Below are positions 47,803 to 57,066 of a stretch of DNA of 64,000 bases, piece after piece (the first letter of the stretch is position 1; each line of letters opens with the position of its first letter). A program made the position numbers and the translations under genes. A model generated the notes under the pieces. The model worked only from the letters and a program-made list of their open reading frames with translations. It ran no database searches and was not told where the DNA came from. Source of the stretch: Terrimesophilobacter sp. (GTDB lineage Bacteria > Actinomycetota > Actinomycetes > Actinomycetales > Microbacteriaceae); assembly GCA_039924285.1 (NCBI GenBank), contig JBDTBD010000003.1, positions 17,179-81,178 of the forward strand. Direction: 5' to 3'.

Positions 47803-50013
47803 CTACAGCGCGGCGAGTTCCTCCAGCACCGTGTCGCCCGGGCGGGCGGGTTCGATACGGGCGGTGATCTCCGCGCGCACGAGCAACTCGTCCATGCGGC
47901 GACGACGCGACTTGGGCACCAAGGTGACGACGGTGCCCTTCTTGCCGGCGCGGCCGGTGCGGCCGGAGCGGTGCAGATACGACTTGTACTCGTCCGGCGC
48001 ATCCGCCTGAATGACCAGGGTGATGTCGTCGACGTGGATGCCTCGAGCCGCGACATCCGTGGCCACCAGCACATTGACGCGACCGCTGGTCAGCAGCGCG
48101 AGGTTGCGGGTGCGGCGGGATTGATTCAGGTCGCCGTGCAAGCTCGTTGCCGGGATGCCGGCATCCTCGAGACGATCGGCCAACTGCTCGGCGAATGCCC
48201 TGGTGCGCGCGAAGATCAGCGTGCGGTGCTCGCCGGATGCGAGCTGCTCGATGATCTCACCCTTGTCGCGCTGCTCGATCAGCAGTACTCGGTGGTCGAT
48301 TGTGGAGTGCTCCTGGTCTTCGCCGGCAACCTCGTGCACGGCCGGGTCGACGAGGTAGTCCTTGACGAGCTTGGCGACGGCGCGGTCCAGCGTGGCAGAG
48401 AACAGCATCTTTTGGCCGCCCGGTTTGGTGGCGCTCAGGATGCGCTCCACCGGCTCGAGGAAGCCCAGGTCGCACATGTGGTCGGCCTCGTCGATCACGG
48501 TGACGAAGACCTCGCTGAGGTCCAGGCGGCCCTGCTCGATGAGATCCTCGACGCGGCCCGGGGTGGCGATGACGATGTCAACGCCGCGCTGCAGCGCCGA
48601 CACCTGGCGGTACTGGGGCACGCCGCCGACGATCGTGACGGTGAACAGGCCGACGCTGCGGGCGATGGGCTGCACGGTGCGGTCGATCTGCATGGCCAGC
48701 TCACGGGTGGGCGCCAGGATCAGCGCGCGGGGCTTGCGGCCCTGCTTGCGATCCTTGGCTCCGTTGTTCTCCATGAGCCGCTCCACCAGCGGCGCGCCGA
48801 ACGCGATGGTCTTGCCGGAGCCGGTCTTGCCGCGGCCGAGTACATCCTTGCCGGCCAGAACGTCGGGGATGGTGGCAGCCTGGATCGGGAACGGCAGGGC
48901 CGCTCCCATCGCGGCGAGCTGGCGGGTGATGTTGTCGCCGATGCCGAGCTCGGGGAAGGTGCGGCCGTCGGCCTCGGTCGCCGTGAGCACCTGTGCCTCG
49001 AGGCGCTCGAGAACGACGTCTTCGTGCGGGGCGAAGTTCGTCTTGTGGTCGCGGTTCGGGTAGAAGTCGGATTCGCGGCGCGGGGCGCGGTCGGAGTGAT
49101 CTGGGCGATCGTACGAGCGGGTGGGGCGGTCCGAGTGATTCGGGCGATCGTACGAGCGGGTGGGGCGGTCGCTGCGGCTCGGGCGGTCGCTGCGGCTCGG
49201 GCGGTCACCGTAAGCCGGACGACTGTCGTGGCTCGGGCGTTCGGTGCGAGCGTTGTAGGAGCCACGCTCGGTGCGGTCGCCGTAGCTGGGGCGCTCGGTG
49301 CGCGGGGCGCGGTCGCCGTAGCTTGGACGGTCGGTGCGGACCGGACGGTCACCGTAGGACGGGCGGTCGGTGCGCGGTGGCCGGGCGCTGTACGAGGAAC
49401 GCTCGGTATGCGGGGCGTGATCACCGGTGGCGGGGCGTCCACTGCGGTCCGGGCGATCACCGTAGGACGGGCGCTCGGTGCGGTTGGCCCGGTCGTTGTA
49501 GCTGGGGCGCTCGGTGCGGTTCGGCCGGTCGCCGTAGCTGGGACGGTCGGTGCGCGGCGCGCGGTCGTTGTAGGGCGTGCGCTCGTTGTGGGACGGGCGG
49601 TCGGTGTGATTGGTGCGGTCACCGTAGCTGGGGCGTCCCGTGCGATTCGTACGGTCACCATACGACGGACGCTCGGTGCGGCTAGGGCGGTCACCATACG
49701 ACGGGCGCTCGGTGCGTCCGGCGCGCTCGTTATGGGACGGCCGGTCACCGTGTGAACGGTCACCGTAAGCGGGACGCTCGGTGCGCTGCGGCCGGTCGCC
49801 GTACGGGCGCCAGTCTGGTCGGGAGTCGTTCGCTGCGGGACGGGAGGTTTCCGAGCGCTTGGCACGGTCATCCGCGCTCCAACGTTTCTTGACGGGGGCG
49901 CCGGATTCGGGGCGGAAACCACGATGTCCGGGGCTTCGACTTCCGGCAGTGCGTGAGTCGCGAGGGTCACTCTTTTTATAGGAGCGGCCGGTGGCAGGCT
50001 TATTGAAAGGCAT
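47803..50013 (-). CDS. DEAD-box RNA helicase with long N-terminal Arg/Asp/Ser-rich repeats
   Basis: Q motif PFPIQ, GKTGSGKT, PTRELA, TPGR, DEAD, SAT, HGDL, ARGI, HRSGRTGRAG. Confidence 0.95.
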   Translation of the reverse strand: MPFNKPATGRSYKKSDPRDSRTAGSRSPGHRGFRPESGAPVKKRWSADDRAKRSETSRPAANDSRPDWRPYGDRPQRTERPAYGDRSHGDRPSHNERAGRTERPSYGDRPSRTERPSYGDRTNRTGRPSYGDRTNHTDRPSHNERTPYNDRAPRTDRPSYGDRPNRTERPSYNDRANRTERPSYGDRPDRSGRPATGDHAPHTERSSYSARPPRTDRPSYGDRPVRTDRPSYGDRAPRTERPSYGDRTERGSYNARTERPSHDSRPAYGDRPSRSDRPSRSDRPTRSYDRPNHSDRPTRSYDRPDHSDRAPRRESDFYPNRDHKTNFAPHEDVVLERLEAQVLTATEADGRTFPELGIGDNITRQLAAMGAALPFPIQAATIPDVLAGKDVLGRGKTGSGKTIAFGAPLVERLMENNGAKDRKQGRKPRALILAPTRELAMQIDRTVQPIARSVGLFTVTIVGGVPQYRQVSALQRGVDIVIATPGRVEDLIEQGRLDLSEVFVTVIDEADHMCDLGFLEPVERILSATKPGGQKMLFSATLDRAVAKLVKDYLVDPAVHEVAGEDQEHSTIDHRVLLIEQRDKGEIIEQLASGEHRTLIFARTRAFAEQLADRLEDAGIPATSLHGDLNQSRRTRNLALLTSGRVNVLVATDVAARGIHVDDITLVIQADAPDEYKSYLHRSGRTGRAGKKGTVVTLVPKSRRRRMDELLVRAEITARIEPARPGDTVLEELAAL
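49080..49810 (-). repeat. Degenerate ~33-bp coding repeat, R-T-[ED]-R-P-S-Y-G-D-R-x
   Basis: Eight exact RPSYGDR copies plus many variants. Confidence 0.9.
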
Positions 50014-50263
50014 GGTTCTTTCCGGGTTGTTTCTTAGTGCATGGCAGCGCACGACCAGCGTGGCCGTACCTCTGTAAGGAACCCGGGCAGTCTCTGGCCA
50101 GGACCGTTCACATACGTGATTTTCCCGTCCGGTGCATGTGGATACACCCTTGGGGAACCGGCCCGAAAGACTTACAAACCCATTCGCGAGACGTCGCGAT
50201 GTCTAGAGCCGACTGAACAACGTTACCCTATCCGCGCCTGATTAACACTAAGGTGAGGCAACC

Positions 50264-51199
50264 ATGCTGCGCCCGACCCGAGAAACCCTGTGCATCCGCG
50301 CCCTCATCGGGCTGCTCGCGGCCGGCGTCATCCTCGTTCTCGGCGCCTGCGCATCCGGTCCGCCACCGGCACCAACGAAGGCGGTCGCGGTGCCCGCACA
50401 GCAGCACGCGCTCGTGTATCCGGACGTCACAACCGTGAGCAACATCGGCTACGGGACAGCCGACGGGCAGCCGCTGCTCCTCGATGTGTGCCTGCCCTCG
50501 GATGCCGCCGAGACGTCACGCCCGGCACTCATCGGCGTGCACGGAGGCAGCTGGCGCAGCGGGGACAAGGCCGACCAGAGCTGGATGGGGATCTGCCGCT
50601 GGCTGGCATCCGAGGGCTACGTGACGGTGTCGGTGAACTACCGGCTCGCGCCGACCCACACCTTCCCGTCCCAGATCGTGGATGTGCGGCAGGCGGTGCG
50701 CTGGCTTCGCGACCCAGACCAGGTAAGCCGGTACCACGTCGATCCCGCGCGGATCGGCGCGATAGGCGGGTCCGCCGGCGGCAACCTCGTCGCGCTGCTG
50801 GGCACCGAGGGGTCCGGCGCGCTCGATGCGGGCACCCGGGTCGCCGCGGTGGTCGACCTCAGCGGCCCGGTGGATCTGACCGCGGACGGCGCCGCGACAT
50901 CCGGTTTTGAGCAAACCCAGTTGTCGTACCTCGGTTGCGCCGACTACTCGAACTGCCCCGCCGCACCGGAGGCGTCGCCGACCTACCAGGTGGATGCATC
51001 CGACCCACCATTCTTCATCGCGCACTCCACCCACGAGTTCATCCCGCTGGCCCAGGCCACGCAGTTCGTGGCGGCGCTGCGAGCGCACGGCGTGGCGACC
51101 ACCTTTGTCACCACACCCGGTACGAAGCACGCGACCGCGATGCTGAATGACGCCCTGCGCGCCCAGATCACGGAATTCTTCCGCAGCACCCTTGGGTAG
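50264..51199 (+). CDS. Alpha/beta hydrolase (HSL/BD-FAE-like esterase), probable lipoprotein
   Basis: Lipobox LGAC, HGGSW, VNYRLAP, GGSAGG nucleophile elbow, C-terminal H. Confidence 0.88.
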   Translation: MLRPTRETLCIRALIGLLAAGVILVLGACASGPPPAPTKAVAVPAQQHALVYPDVTTVSNIGYGTADGQPLLLDVCLPSDAAETSRPALIGVHGGSWRSGDKADQSWMGICRWLASEGYVTVSVNYRLAPTHTFPSQIVDVRQAVRWLRDPDQVSRYHVDPARIGAIGGSAGGNLVALLGTEGSGALDAGTRVAAVVDLSGPVDLTADGAATSGFEQTQLSYLGCADYSNCPAAPEASPTYQVDASDPPFFIAHSTHEFIPLAQATQFVAALRAHGVATTFVTTPGTKHATAMLNDALRAQITEFFRSTLG

Positions 51200-51208
51200 A
51201 CATCCGCT

Positions 51209-51253
51209 CACTTGCGCCTTGGTGTTGTTCCCGGGCCCCGGGAGGGTGCACAA
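51209..51253. repeat. REP-like imperfect palindrome, left flank of remnant
   Basis: cacttgcgccttggtgttgttccc..gggagggtgcacaa; aligns without gaps to the copy at about 51638-51682. Confidence 0.7.
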
Positions 51254-51609
51254 AATGCACGTCTGTTAGCGGGACGGTGAGGGCTCGCATTCTGGTGTCC
51301 GCCTGGATGAAGTAGTCGCCGGCGGCCACCAGGTCCGAAAGAGCGAGCACCGCGCCCTGGTGCCCGATGCGGCGGGGACACTGCCCCGTGGAGCACGCGC
51401 GAGCGCTCATAGTGTGAGAGAAGAGGCAGCCCGAGGAGCACCGCGGCCGTGATGCCGCAGAAGTGGGCGTGTGTCGGCATCGTCTGCTGATAAGCGAGGG
51501 CGCGATCGAGCAGCGCGAGATCGCCGAACACGGGTGTGCGGATGCCGCGATACGGTCGCTGCAAATCTTGGTTGCGGAGGCGGTTGCGCCCGAGACCCGC
51601 ATGCAACAT
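51254..51609 (-). pseudogene. Deleted/frameshifted remnant of an actinobacterial AbiEi/DUF559-type protein
   Basis: DLQRPYRGIR..RALAY..FCGITAAVLLGLPL in one frame and LSDLVAAGDY in another; no C-terminal nuclease domain. Confidence 0.6.
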
Positions 51610-51636
51610 CCGTGCGGGGCGTTATGCACAGCACCA

Positions 51637-51696
51637 TGACTTGCAGGTTGTTGTTGTTCCCAAGGCCTGGGAAGGTGCACAAGGCGCAAGTCAGCG
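51637..51696. repeat. REP-like imperfect palindrome, right flank of remnant
   Basis: TGACTTGC...TTCCCA..TGGGAA...GCAAGTCA hairpin; 51680-51696 is a 16/17 inverted match to 51205-51221. Confidence 0.7.
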
Positions 51697-51713
51697 AGCG
51701 GCCGGCTACGACC

Positions 51714-54700
51714 TCAGGCGGCGCGGCGCTCCAACCGGCGCTCCTTGGCACCCTCCACCAGGTAGTACAGCACGGGCAACACCACGAGGGTGAGCAGTGT
51801 TGAGGACACCAGCCCGCCGATCACGACCAGCGCGAGCGGCTGCGAGATGAACCCGCCGTGCCCGGTGATTCCGAGCGCCATCGGCAGCAGCGCGAAGATC
51901 GTGGCCAGCGCCGTCATGAGAATGGGCCGCAGCCGGCGACTGGCGCCGTGCACGATCGCATCGCCCACCCGCATCCCACGGGTGCGGTACTGGTTGATCA
52001 GGTCGACGAGCACGATGGCGTTAGTCACCACGATGCCCACGAGCATGAGCACCCCGATGAGGGAGGGCACCCCGAGCGGCACGCCCGAGATCACCTGCAG
52101 GATGATGCCGCCGGTCGCCGCGAACGGGATGGACACCAGCAGCAGCAGCGGTTGGCGCAGGCTCTTGAAGGTCGCCACCATGACGACGTAAACGATGAGG
52201 ATGGCCACCAGCAGGGCGAGACCGAGCTGGCCGAACGCATCCGACTGCTGCGAGGCGACGCCGCCGAGTTCTGCCTTCGCACCGGCGGGCAGATCCACCT
52301 TGTCGACGGCCTGCGTGACGACGGCGGAGGCCGTGCCGCCGTCGTCGCTCTTCGGCGCCACGCTCACGGTGGCCGAGCGCAAGCCCTTGACACTGGTGAT
52401 GCTCGCCGGTCCGTTGACGGTCGTCACGGCGGCGAGGTTGCTCAGCGGCACCGGGCCTGCCACCGTGGGAATGGTGAACGCCTTCAGTTGCTCGACACTG
52501 GTCGGGGTGCTCGCATTGCTGATGTAGATAGACATCGTCTTCTCGTCGATGACGACAGAGCCGACGGCGCTCGGCAGCATGGCCTGCGAAACGATGCCTC
52601 CGACGGCCATCTCGGTGAGTCCTGCCGCGGCGGCCTTGTTCCGGTCGACCACGACCGCAATATAGGGCAGCGACGCGGACAGGTTGCTGGTGGCGGCGCC
52701 GGTGACGGCCAAACCCTTGACCGACGCGAGGACCGCATCCGCCGCCGTGCGCAGCTGCGTGTCGTTGCTGGCGGTGATGTTGACGCGGATGTCGGAGGAG
52801 GCGAAGCCGGAGCTGGCCGCGGCGAGCGCGACGTCGCCGACCCCGGCGAGCTTGGACAGGTTCTTGCGCACCGTGGCCTGCAGTGCCGCCTGGTCGACGT
52901 CGGGGTTGGTCGTGACCGAGAAGGAAATTCCGCCACCGCCGCCGAAGGCCGCCGCGAGCGAACTGCCGCCGGAGCCGATGGAGGTCTGCACCGTCCCAAT
53001 GCCCTTGGTGGCGCGCAGGGTCTTCTCGACGACCGTTGCGGCCGCATCCTGCGCATCGAGGCTCGCGCCGAGCGGCAGCTTTTGGGTGACCGTGAGGGTG
53101 TTCTGGCCGCTGTCGCCGATGAAGTTCGTCTTGAGACTGGGCACCAGGGCGACGGTGCCGCCGAGGATCAGGAACGCGACCAGGATGGTCACGGCTGGTC
53201 GTTTCAGGGTCCAGTGGATGACGGGCAGGTAGCCGCGTTGCAGGCGGGTCGGATGCGCGAGCTCCTCCTCGGCGGACATCCCCACCTCGGCGCGGCGACG
53301 GGAGGAGCGGGTGGCGGCGGGTACTGCGGGGTCGGAAGTGACGGCGGAAGGGACGGCGGCGGCGGGGACTGCGGCGTCGGAAGTGTCGTCAACAAGCATG
53401 GCGGCGACCGGTTCAGAAGCGGGCTGCTCGTGCTTGCCTAGGAACCAGTAGGCGAGCACCGGCACGATCGTCAGCGCGACGAACAGGGACGCGCCGAGGG
53501 CGATCGTCACGGTGAGGGCGAATGGGCGGAACAGCTCTCCGGTGATGTCGCTGACCAGGGCGAGCGGCAGAAACACCGCCACAGTGGTGATGGTCGAGGC
53601 GGTGACAGCCGTGGCGACCTCCCGTACCGCCGCGGTGATCGCGCGCACCTTGGTGTCACCGAGGGTCAAGTGCCGCTTGATGTTCTCGATGACGACGATC
53701 GAGTCATCCACTACCCGCCCGATCGCGATCGTGAGGGCGCCGAGGGTGATGATGTTGAGCGTGTAATTGGCGGCCTGCATGCCGATGAACGTGATGAACA
53801 CGGACACCGGGATCGAGATCGCCGTGACCAGGGTCGAGCGGATCGACATCAAGAAGATCAGGATGACGATGACCGCAAAGAACAGTCCGAGCAGACCTTC
53901 GGTGGCGAGCGAATCGATGGATTGCTGGATGAACGGGGCCTGATCGAAGACGACGGTGAGCTGGGTGTTGTGGCCGAGCGCCTTCTGCAGGTCGGGGAGC
54001 AGGGCGCGCACGTCCTTGGAGACGGCGACGGTGTTGCCGGCGGGTGTCTTGGTCACGGCGATGGTGAGGGCGGGCTCCCCGTTGACGCGGGAGATTCCGG
54101 TGATCGGACTGTCCGCGATGGCAACGGAGGCGACGTCCGCGATGGTGAGCGGGGTCGTGGTGCCCGGAGCGCCGGCTAAGGGACCGGCGGGACTCGCAGC
54201 GCGCACGAGCGGCAGCGCGGCGATGTCATCGACCGAACCGAGGCGGGAGCCGGCCTGCACGCTGAGCGTCTTGTCGCTCTCGGTGATGGACCCCGCTGGC
54301 AGCAGGGCACCGTTGGCTGTCAGTGCGTCGCGGATTGCCTGGGGGCCGAGCCCGGCGGCGGCCAGTTTGGCGGCATCCGGGGTGATCGACACGCGTTGCG
54401 CCGTGGTGCCGAGCAGGGTGGCCTGGCGCACACCGTCGACGCCTTGGATGTCGGTGAGCGTCGATCCTTGGATCGCGCTGGTGAGGGTTTGAGCGTCCAG
54501 GTCGCTGGTCGCGGCGATCTGCACGACGGGGAGGTCGTCGATGGATCCGGTGATCACTCGCGGGTCCACATCCGCTGGAAGTGCGCTCTTGATGCGGTTG
54601 ATCGCCCGCTCAACCTTTTGCTCGGCGGAGATCAGGTCGGTGCCATACGCGAACGATGCGGACACTGTGGAGCGGTTGGTGCTCGAGGTCGCGGTGGTGC

Positions 54701-54938
54701 TCTCCAGGCCTTCCACGCTCTGGATGGCGGTTTCGATCGGGCCGCTGAGGTACTGGTCGACGACCGCCGGAGCCGCGCCAGGGTAGGAGGTGACGACGAC
54801 CAACTGCGGAAAGGTGAGGGAGGGGATCAGCTCCTGCTTGAGCGAGGTGAGGGCGATCGATCCGAACACGCCGACCACGACGGTGACAAGTGCAATCAGG
54901 GCACGGTTGCGCAAGCTGAACACGGAAAGCAGATGCAC
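51714..54938 (-). CDS. RND (AcrB/AcrD/AcrF family) efflux permease
   Basis: LKQELIP, YPGA.P, AISIPVS, LNIITLGAL.IAIGRVVDDSIVVIENI, GIVVTNAIVL, RLRPILMT. Confidence 0.95.
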   Translation of the reverse strand: MHLLSVFSLRNRALIALVTVVVGVFGSIALTSLKQELIPSLTFPQLVVVTSYPGAAPAVVDQYLSGPIETAIQSVEGLESTTATSSTNRSTVSASFAYGTDLISAEQKVERAINRIKSALPADVDPRVITGSIDDLPVVQIAATSDLDAQTLTSAIQGSTLTDIQGVDGVRQATLLGTTAQRVSITPDAAKLAAAGLGPQAIRDALTANGALLPAGSITESDKTLSVQAGSRLGSVDDIAALPLVRAASPAGPLAGAPGTTTPLTIADVASVAIADSPITGISRVNGEPALTIAVTKTPAGNTVAVSKDVRALLPDLQKALGHNTQLTVVFDQAPFIQQSIDSLATEGLLGLFFAVIVILIFLMSIRSTLVTAISIPVSVFITFIGMQAANYTLNIITLGALTIAIGRVVDDSIVVIENIKRHLTLGDTKVRAITAAVREVATAVTASTITTVAVFLPLALVSDITGELFRPFALTVTIALGASLFVALTIVPVLAYWFLGKHEQPASEPVAAMLVDDTSDAAVPAAAVPSAVTSDPAVPAATRSSRRRAEVGMSAEEELAHPTRLQRGYLPVIHWTLKRPAVTILVAFLILGGTVALVPSLKTNFIGDSGQNTLTVTQKLPLGASLDAQDAAATVVEKTLRATKGIGTVQTSIGSGGSSLAAAFGGGGGISFSVTTNPDVDQAALQATVRKNLSKLAGVGDVALAAASSGFASSDIRVNITASNDTQLRTAADAVLASVKGLAVTGAATSNLSASLPYIAVVVDRNKAAAAGLTEMAVGGIVSQAMLPSAVGSVVIDEKTMSIYISNASTPTSVEQLKAFTIPTVAGPVPLSNLAAVTTVNGPASITSVKGLRSATVSVAPKSDDGGTASAVVTQAVDKVDLPAGAKAELGGVASQQSDAFGQLGLALLVAILIVYVVMVATFKSLRQPLLLLVSIPFAATGGIILQVISGVPLGVPSLIGVLMLVGIVVTNAIVLVDLINQYRTRGMRVGDAIVHGASRRLRPILMTALATIFALLPMALGITGHGGFISQPLALVVIGGLVSSTLLTLVVLPVLYYLVEGAKERRLERRAA

Positions 54939-55086
54939 GGAGGATTCTCCCTGGAATGCGGATGCCACAGACTGCGGCAAAGGAACACACGCACGACGTC
55001 GTGCTTCTGTCGAATTATCTCATCAGGGTCTTGGAGCGTGCGTACTCCCGCGGGATGAGATGCCGGCGCGCCCGAGTGGGTTGCGA

Positions 55087-55230
55087 TCATCGACGATCAT
55101 CGACGATCAGCGGCAGGATGCGGTCGGCCAGCGCGGTATACGCTGTCGCTGACGTGGTTCCCCGCCGGTTCGCCACAAGCGAGGCCAGGGCACGGGCGCG
55201 GTGCGAGGTACTTCCTGAGCGAATGACCAT
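55087..55230 (-). pseudogene. Truncated yczR (MocR/GntR-type regulator) N-terminal remnant
   Basis: 47-aa ORF ..ARALASLV..AYTALADRILPLIVDDRR*, divergent from yczE, broken by a 10-bp tandem duplication. Confidence 0.65.
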
Positions 55231-55280
55231 GAGGTAGCTAGAGAAGGATTGGCCTAGTGAATGTGAGGCCGTGAGCGGTT

Positions 55281-55964
55281 GTGGATTGCGAGGTGATTTC
55301 TCTGGGAACCGAGACCGTCTGGCAGCGCGTTCGTGGTGGACGCACCGGCCGTACGGTGCAATTGCTCCTGGGCTTGTTCCTCTACGGGATCGCTATCGCC
55401 ATGATGGTCCGCGCCGCCGTAGGGGTCTCGCCCTGGGACTGTCTGGCGCAGGGGTTGTCGATCAAGACCGGCCTCGGGTTCGGCCTGGTGACCAATATCG
55501 TCGGCGGGTTCGTGCTGCTGCTGTGGATCCCGATCCGGCAGCGGCTGGGCATCGGAACGGTGCTCAACGCCCTGCTGATCGGGCCGAGCGCGGATGTCGG
55601 ACTCGCTTTTATCGCGGAGCCGTCCGTGCTGTGGCTGCGCATCCTCCTCTTCACCGGCGGGCTGGTCTTGCTCGCGGTCGCGACCGGGCTTTACCTCGGC
55701 GGCCGCTTCGGTCCAGGGCCGCGCGACGGACTGATGACCGGGATCAGCACCAAGTTCGGCTGGCCGATCTGGGCGGTGCGCACCTCGCTGGAGGTGACAG
55801 TGCTGGCGATCGGCTGGCTGCTGGGCGGCAACGTCGGTTTCGGGACCCTCGCGTTCGCGCTGCTGGTCGGGCCGCTGGTGAACTGGGCCATGCCGTTGCT
55901 CTACATCCGCCCGCGTTCTGTCGCGGCCGGTGAGGTCGAGGTCGGAGTCGAACCAGCGCGATAG
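55281..55964 (+). CDS. YczE/YitT family membrane protein
   Basis: QLLLGLFLYG, GVSPWD, LLWIPIRQR.GIGT..N, GPGPRDGLMTG, LGG.VG.GT; start uncertain. Confidence 0.88.
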   Translation: MDCEVISLGTETVWQRVRGGRTGRTVQLLLGLFLYGIAIAMMVRAAVGVSPWDCLAQGLSIKTGLGFGLVTNIVGGFVLLLWIPIRQRLGIGTVLNALLIGPSADVGLAFIAEPSVLWLRILLFTGGLVLLAVATGLYLGGRFGPGPRDGLMTGISTKFGWPIWAVRTSLEVTVLAIGWLLGGNVGFGTLAFALLVGPLVNWAMPLLYIRPRSVAAGEVEVGVEPAR

Positions 55965-56021
55965 TTCCCGTTGCGGCTAAGTGTTCCCGTTCCGCGGGGC
56001 ACAATTAGCCGGAACGGGAAC
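55964..56021. terminator. Large hairpin immediately after yczE (terminator or REP-like)
   Basis: GTTCCCGTTGCGGCTAA...TTAGCCGGAACGGGAAC. Confidence 0.65.
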
Positions 56022-56127
56022 AGTTACAGGTGGTGATCCGCGTACACCGTCTTAGCGTCGCGGACGAAGTGCGCACCCCTCTTCTTGAATGATGAAAGTT
56101 GGCCGGGGAGGGTTGCGCCGGCGCCAA

Positions 56128-56169
56128 ACGCGATATAACGTGAATCCAAATAGACGCGATATATCGTGA
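56128..56169. promoter_or_regulatory. Tandem palindromic operator (probable PadR sites)
   Basis: ACGCGATATAACGTGA and ACGCGATATATCGTGA, 26 bp apart; core palindrome CGATATATCG. Confidence 0.6.
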
Positions 56170-56198
56170 TTATGCATCCGCCGGATGCGGAACTCGAC

Positions 56199-56268
56199 GA
56201 GACGCAACGGCCCAGCGGGACGCAATGGCCCGACGAGACACAATGGCACAGGAGACGCAATGGCACAG
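56199..56268 (+). repeat. 4 x 17-18-bp tandem repeat spanning the RBS/start codon
   Basis: gagacgcaacggcccagc/gggacgcaatggcccgac/gagacacaatggcacag/gagacgcaatggcacag. Confidence 0.8.
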
Positions 56269-57066
56269 GAAAAATGGATGATCGACGGTGAGAAGACCAT
56301 CGACATCGAATCGGTCCGCAACCTGAAGATCGCCCTCATCGGCGGTCAGGTGGATGTGATCGGGCACGACGAGCCCGGGGCCAGGATCGAGGTGCACTCG
56401 GTTGACGGAAAGCCGCTGAAGGTCACCCTGGACGGCGACACGTTGGAAATCGACCACCCGCAGCTCAGCTGGGACAACTTCCTCGACGTGTTCATGTCGT
56501 TTCGCGGCACGGCGCGGGCGGATGTCAGCATCATGGTGCCGCGGGACGTCGCCCTGAAGTTTGGCGTGATTTCTGCCAAAGGGCTGATCAGCGGGCTGAC
56601 CAAGGACGCGAAGATCAGCACCGTTTCCGGTGATGTGGTCGTCGACGGCGTCACCGCCGACCTCGACCTCAACGCGGTCAACGGTGAAATCGCAGTGCGC
56701 GACCATCGCGGCAACATCGTCTCCCACACGGTGAGCGGCGACGTGACGGTGAGCGGTGAAGTCAAGCGATTCCACTCCGACGCGGTGTCCGGCGAGGTCT
56801 TCCTCGACGTGACCGGCACCCCTGATGAAGTGCGGGTGAAGAGCGTCTCCGGGAACGTGACCGTGCGGCTGGCCGCGGGCGTCGCCGCTCAGTACCGGGT
56901 GAACACCATCGCGGGCCGGCTGCAATTGGACGACTCCGAGATCCGCGGCATCCGCGGTCAGTACACCGGCAAGTTCGGCGAACTGGACGGGCACTGGCTC
57001 GACTTCACCGCCAGCACCGTCTCGGGCAACATCGCCGTGCTGCACGGGTCAGAGGTGCCCGCATGA
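56260..57066 (+). CDS. DUF4097 family beta-strand repeat protein
   Basis: Repeated [TA]VSG[DE]V motifs; MAQEKW start with GGAG RBS. Confidence 0.88.
   Translation: MAQEKWMIDGEKTIDIESVRNLKIALIGGQVDVIGHDEPGARIEVHSVDGKPLKVTLDGDTLEIDHPQLSWDNFLDVFMSFRGTARADVSIMVPRDVALKFGVISAKGLISGLTKDAKISTVSGDVVVDGVTADLDLNAVNGEIAVRDHRGNIVSHTVSGDVTVSGEVKRFHSDAVSGEVFLDVTGTPDEVRVKSVSGNVTVRLAAGVAAQYRVNTIAGRLQLDDSEIRGIRGQYTGKFGELDGHWLDFTASTVSGNIAVLHGSEVPA

Noticed and set aside
47545-49755. 736-aa plus-strand ORF with V/A/G/R repeats
   Set aside because: Antisense shadow of the DEAD-box helicase and its repeats
49080-49810. Possible CRISPR array (also considered 56199-56268 and the 82-bp elements)
   Set aside because: The repeats are degenerate, in-frame or dispersed, with no repeat-spacer periodicity and no cas genes
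50264-51199. Alpha/beta hydrolase as an Afmid-type kynurenine formamidase
   Set aside because: It has a lipoprotein signal (extracytoplasmic), lies on the opposite strand and is separated from kynA by the helicase
56024-56266. 80-aa minus-strand ORF
   Set aside because: It runs through the operator and tandem repeats of the DUF4097 promoter; no coding signature
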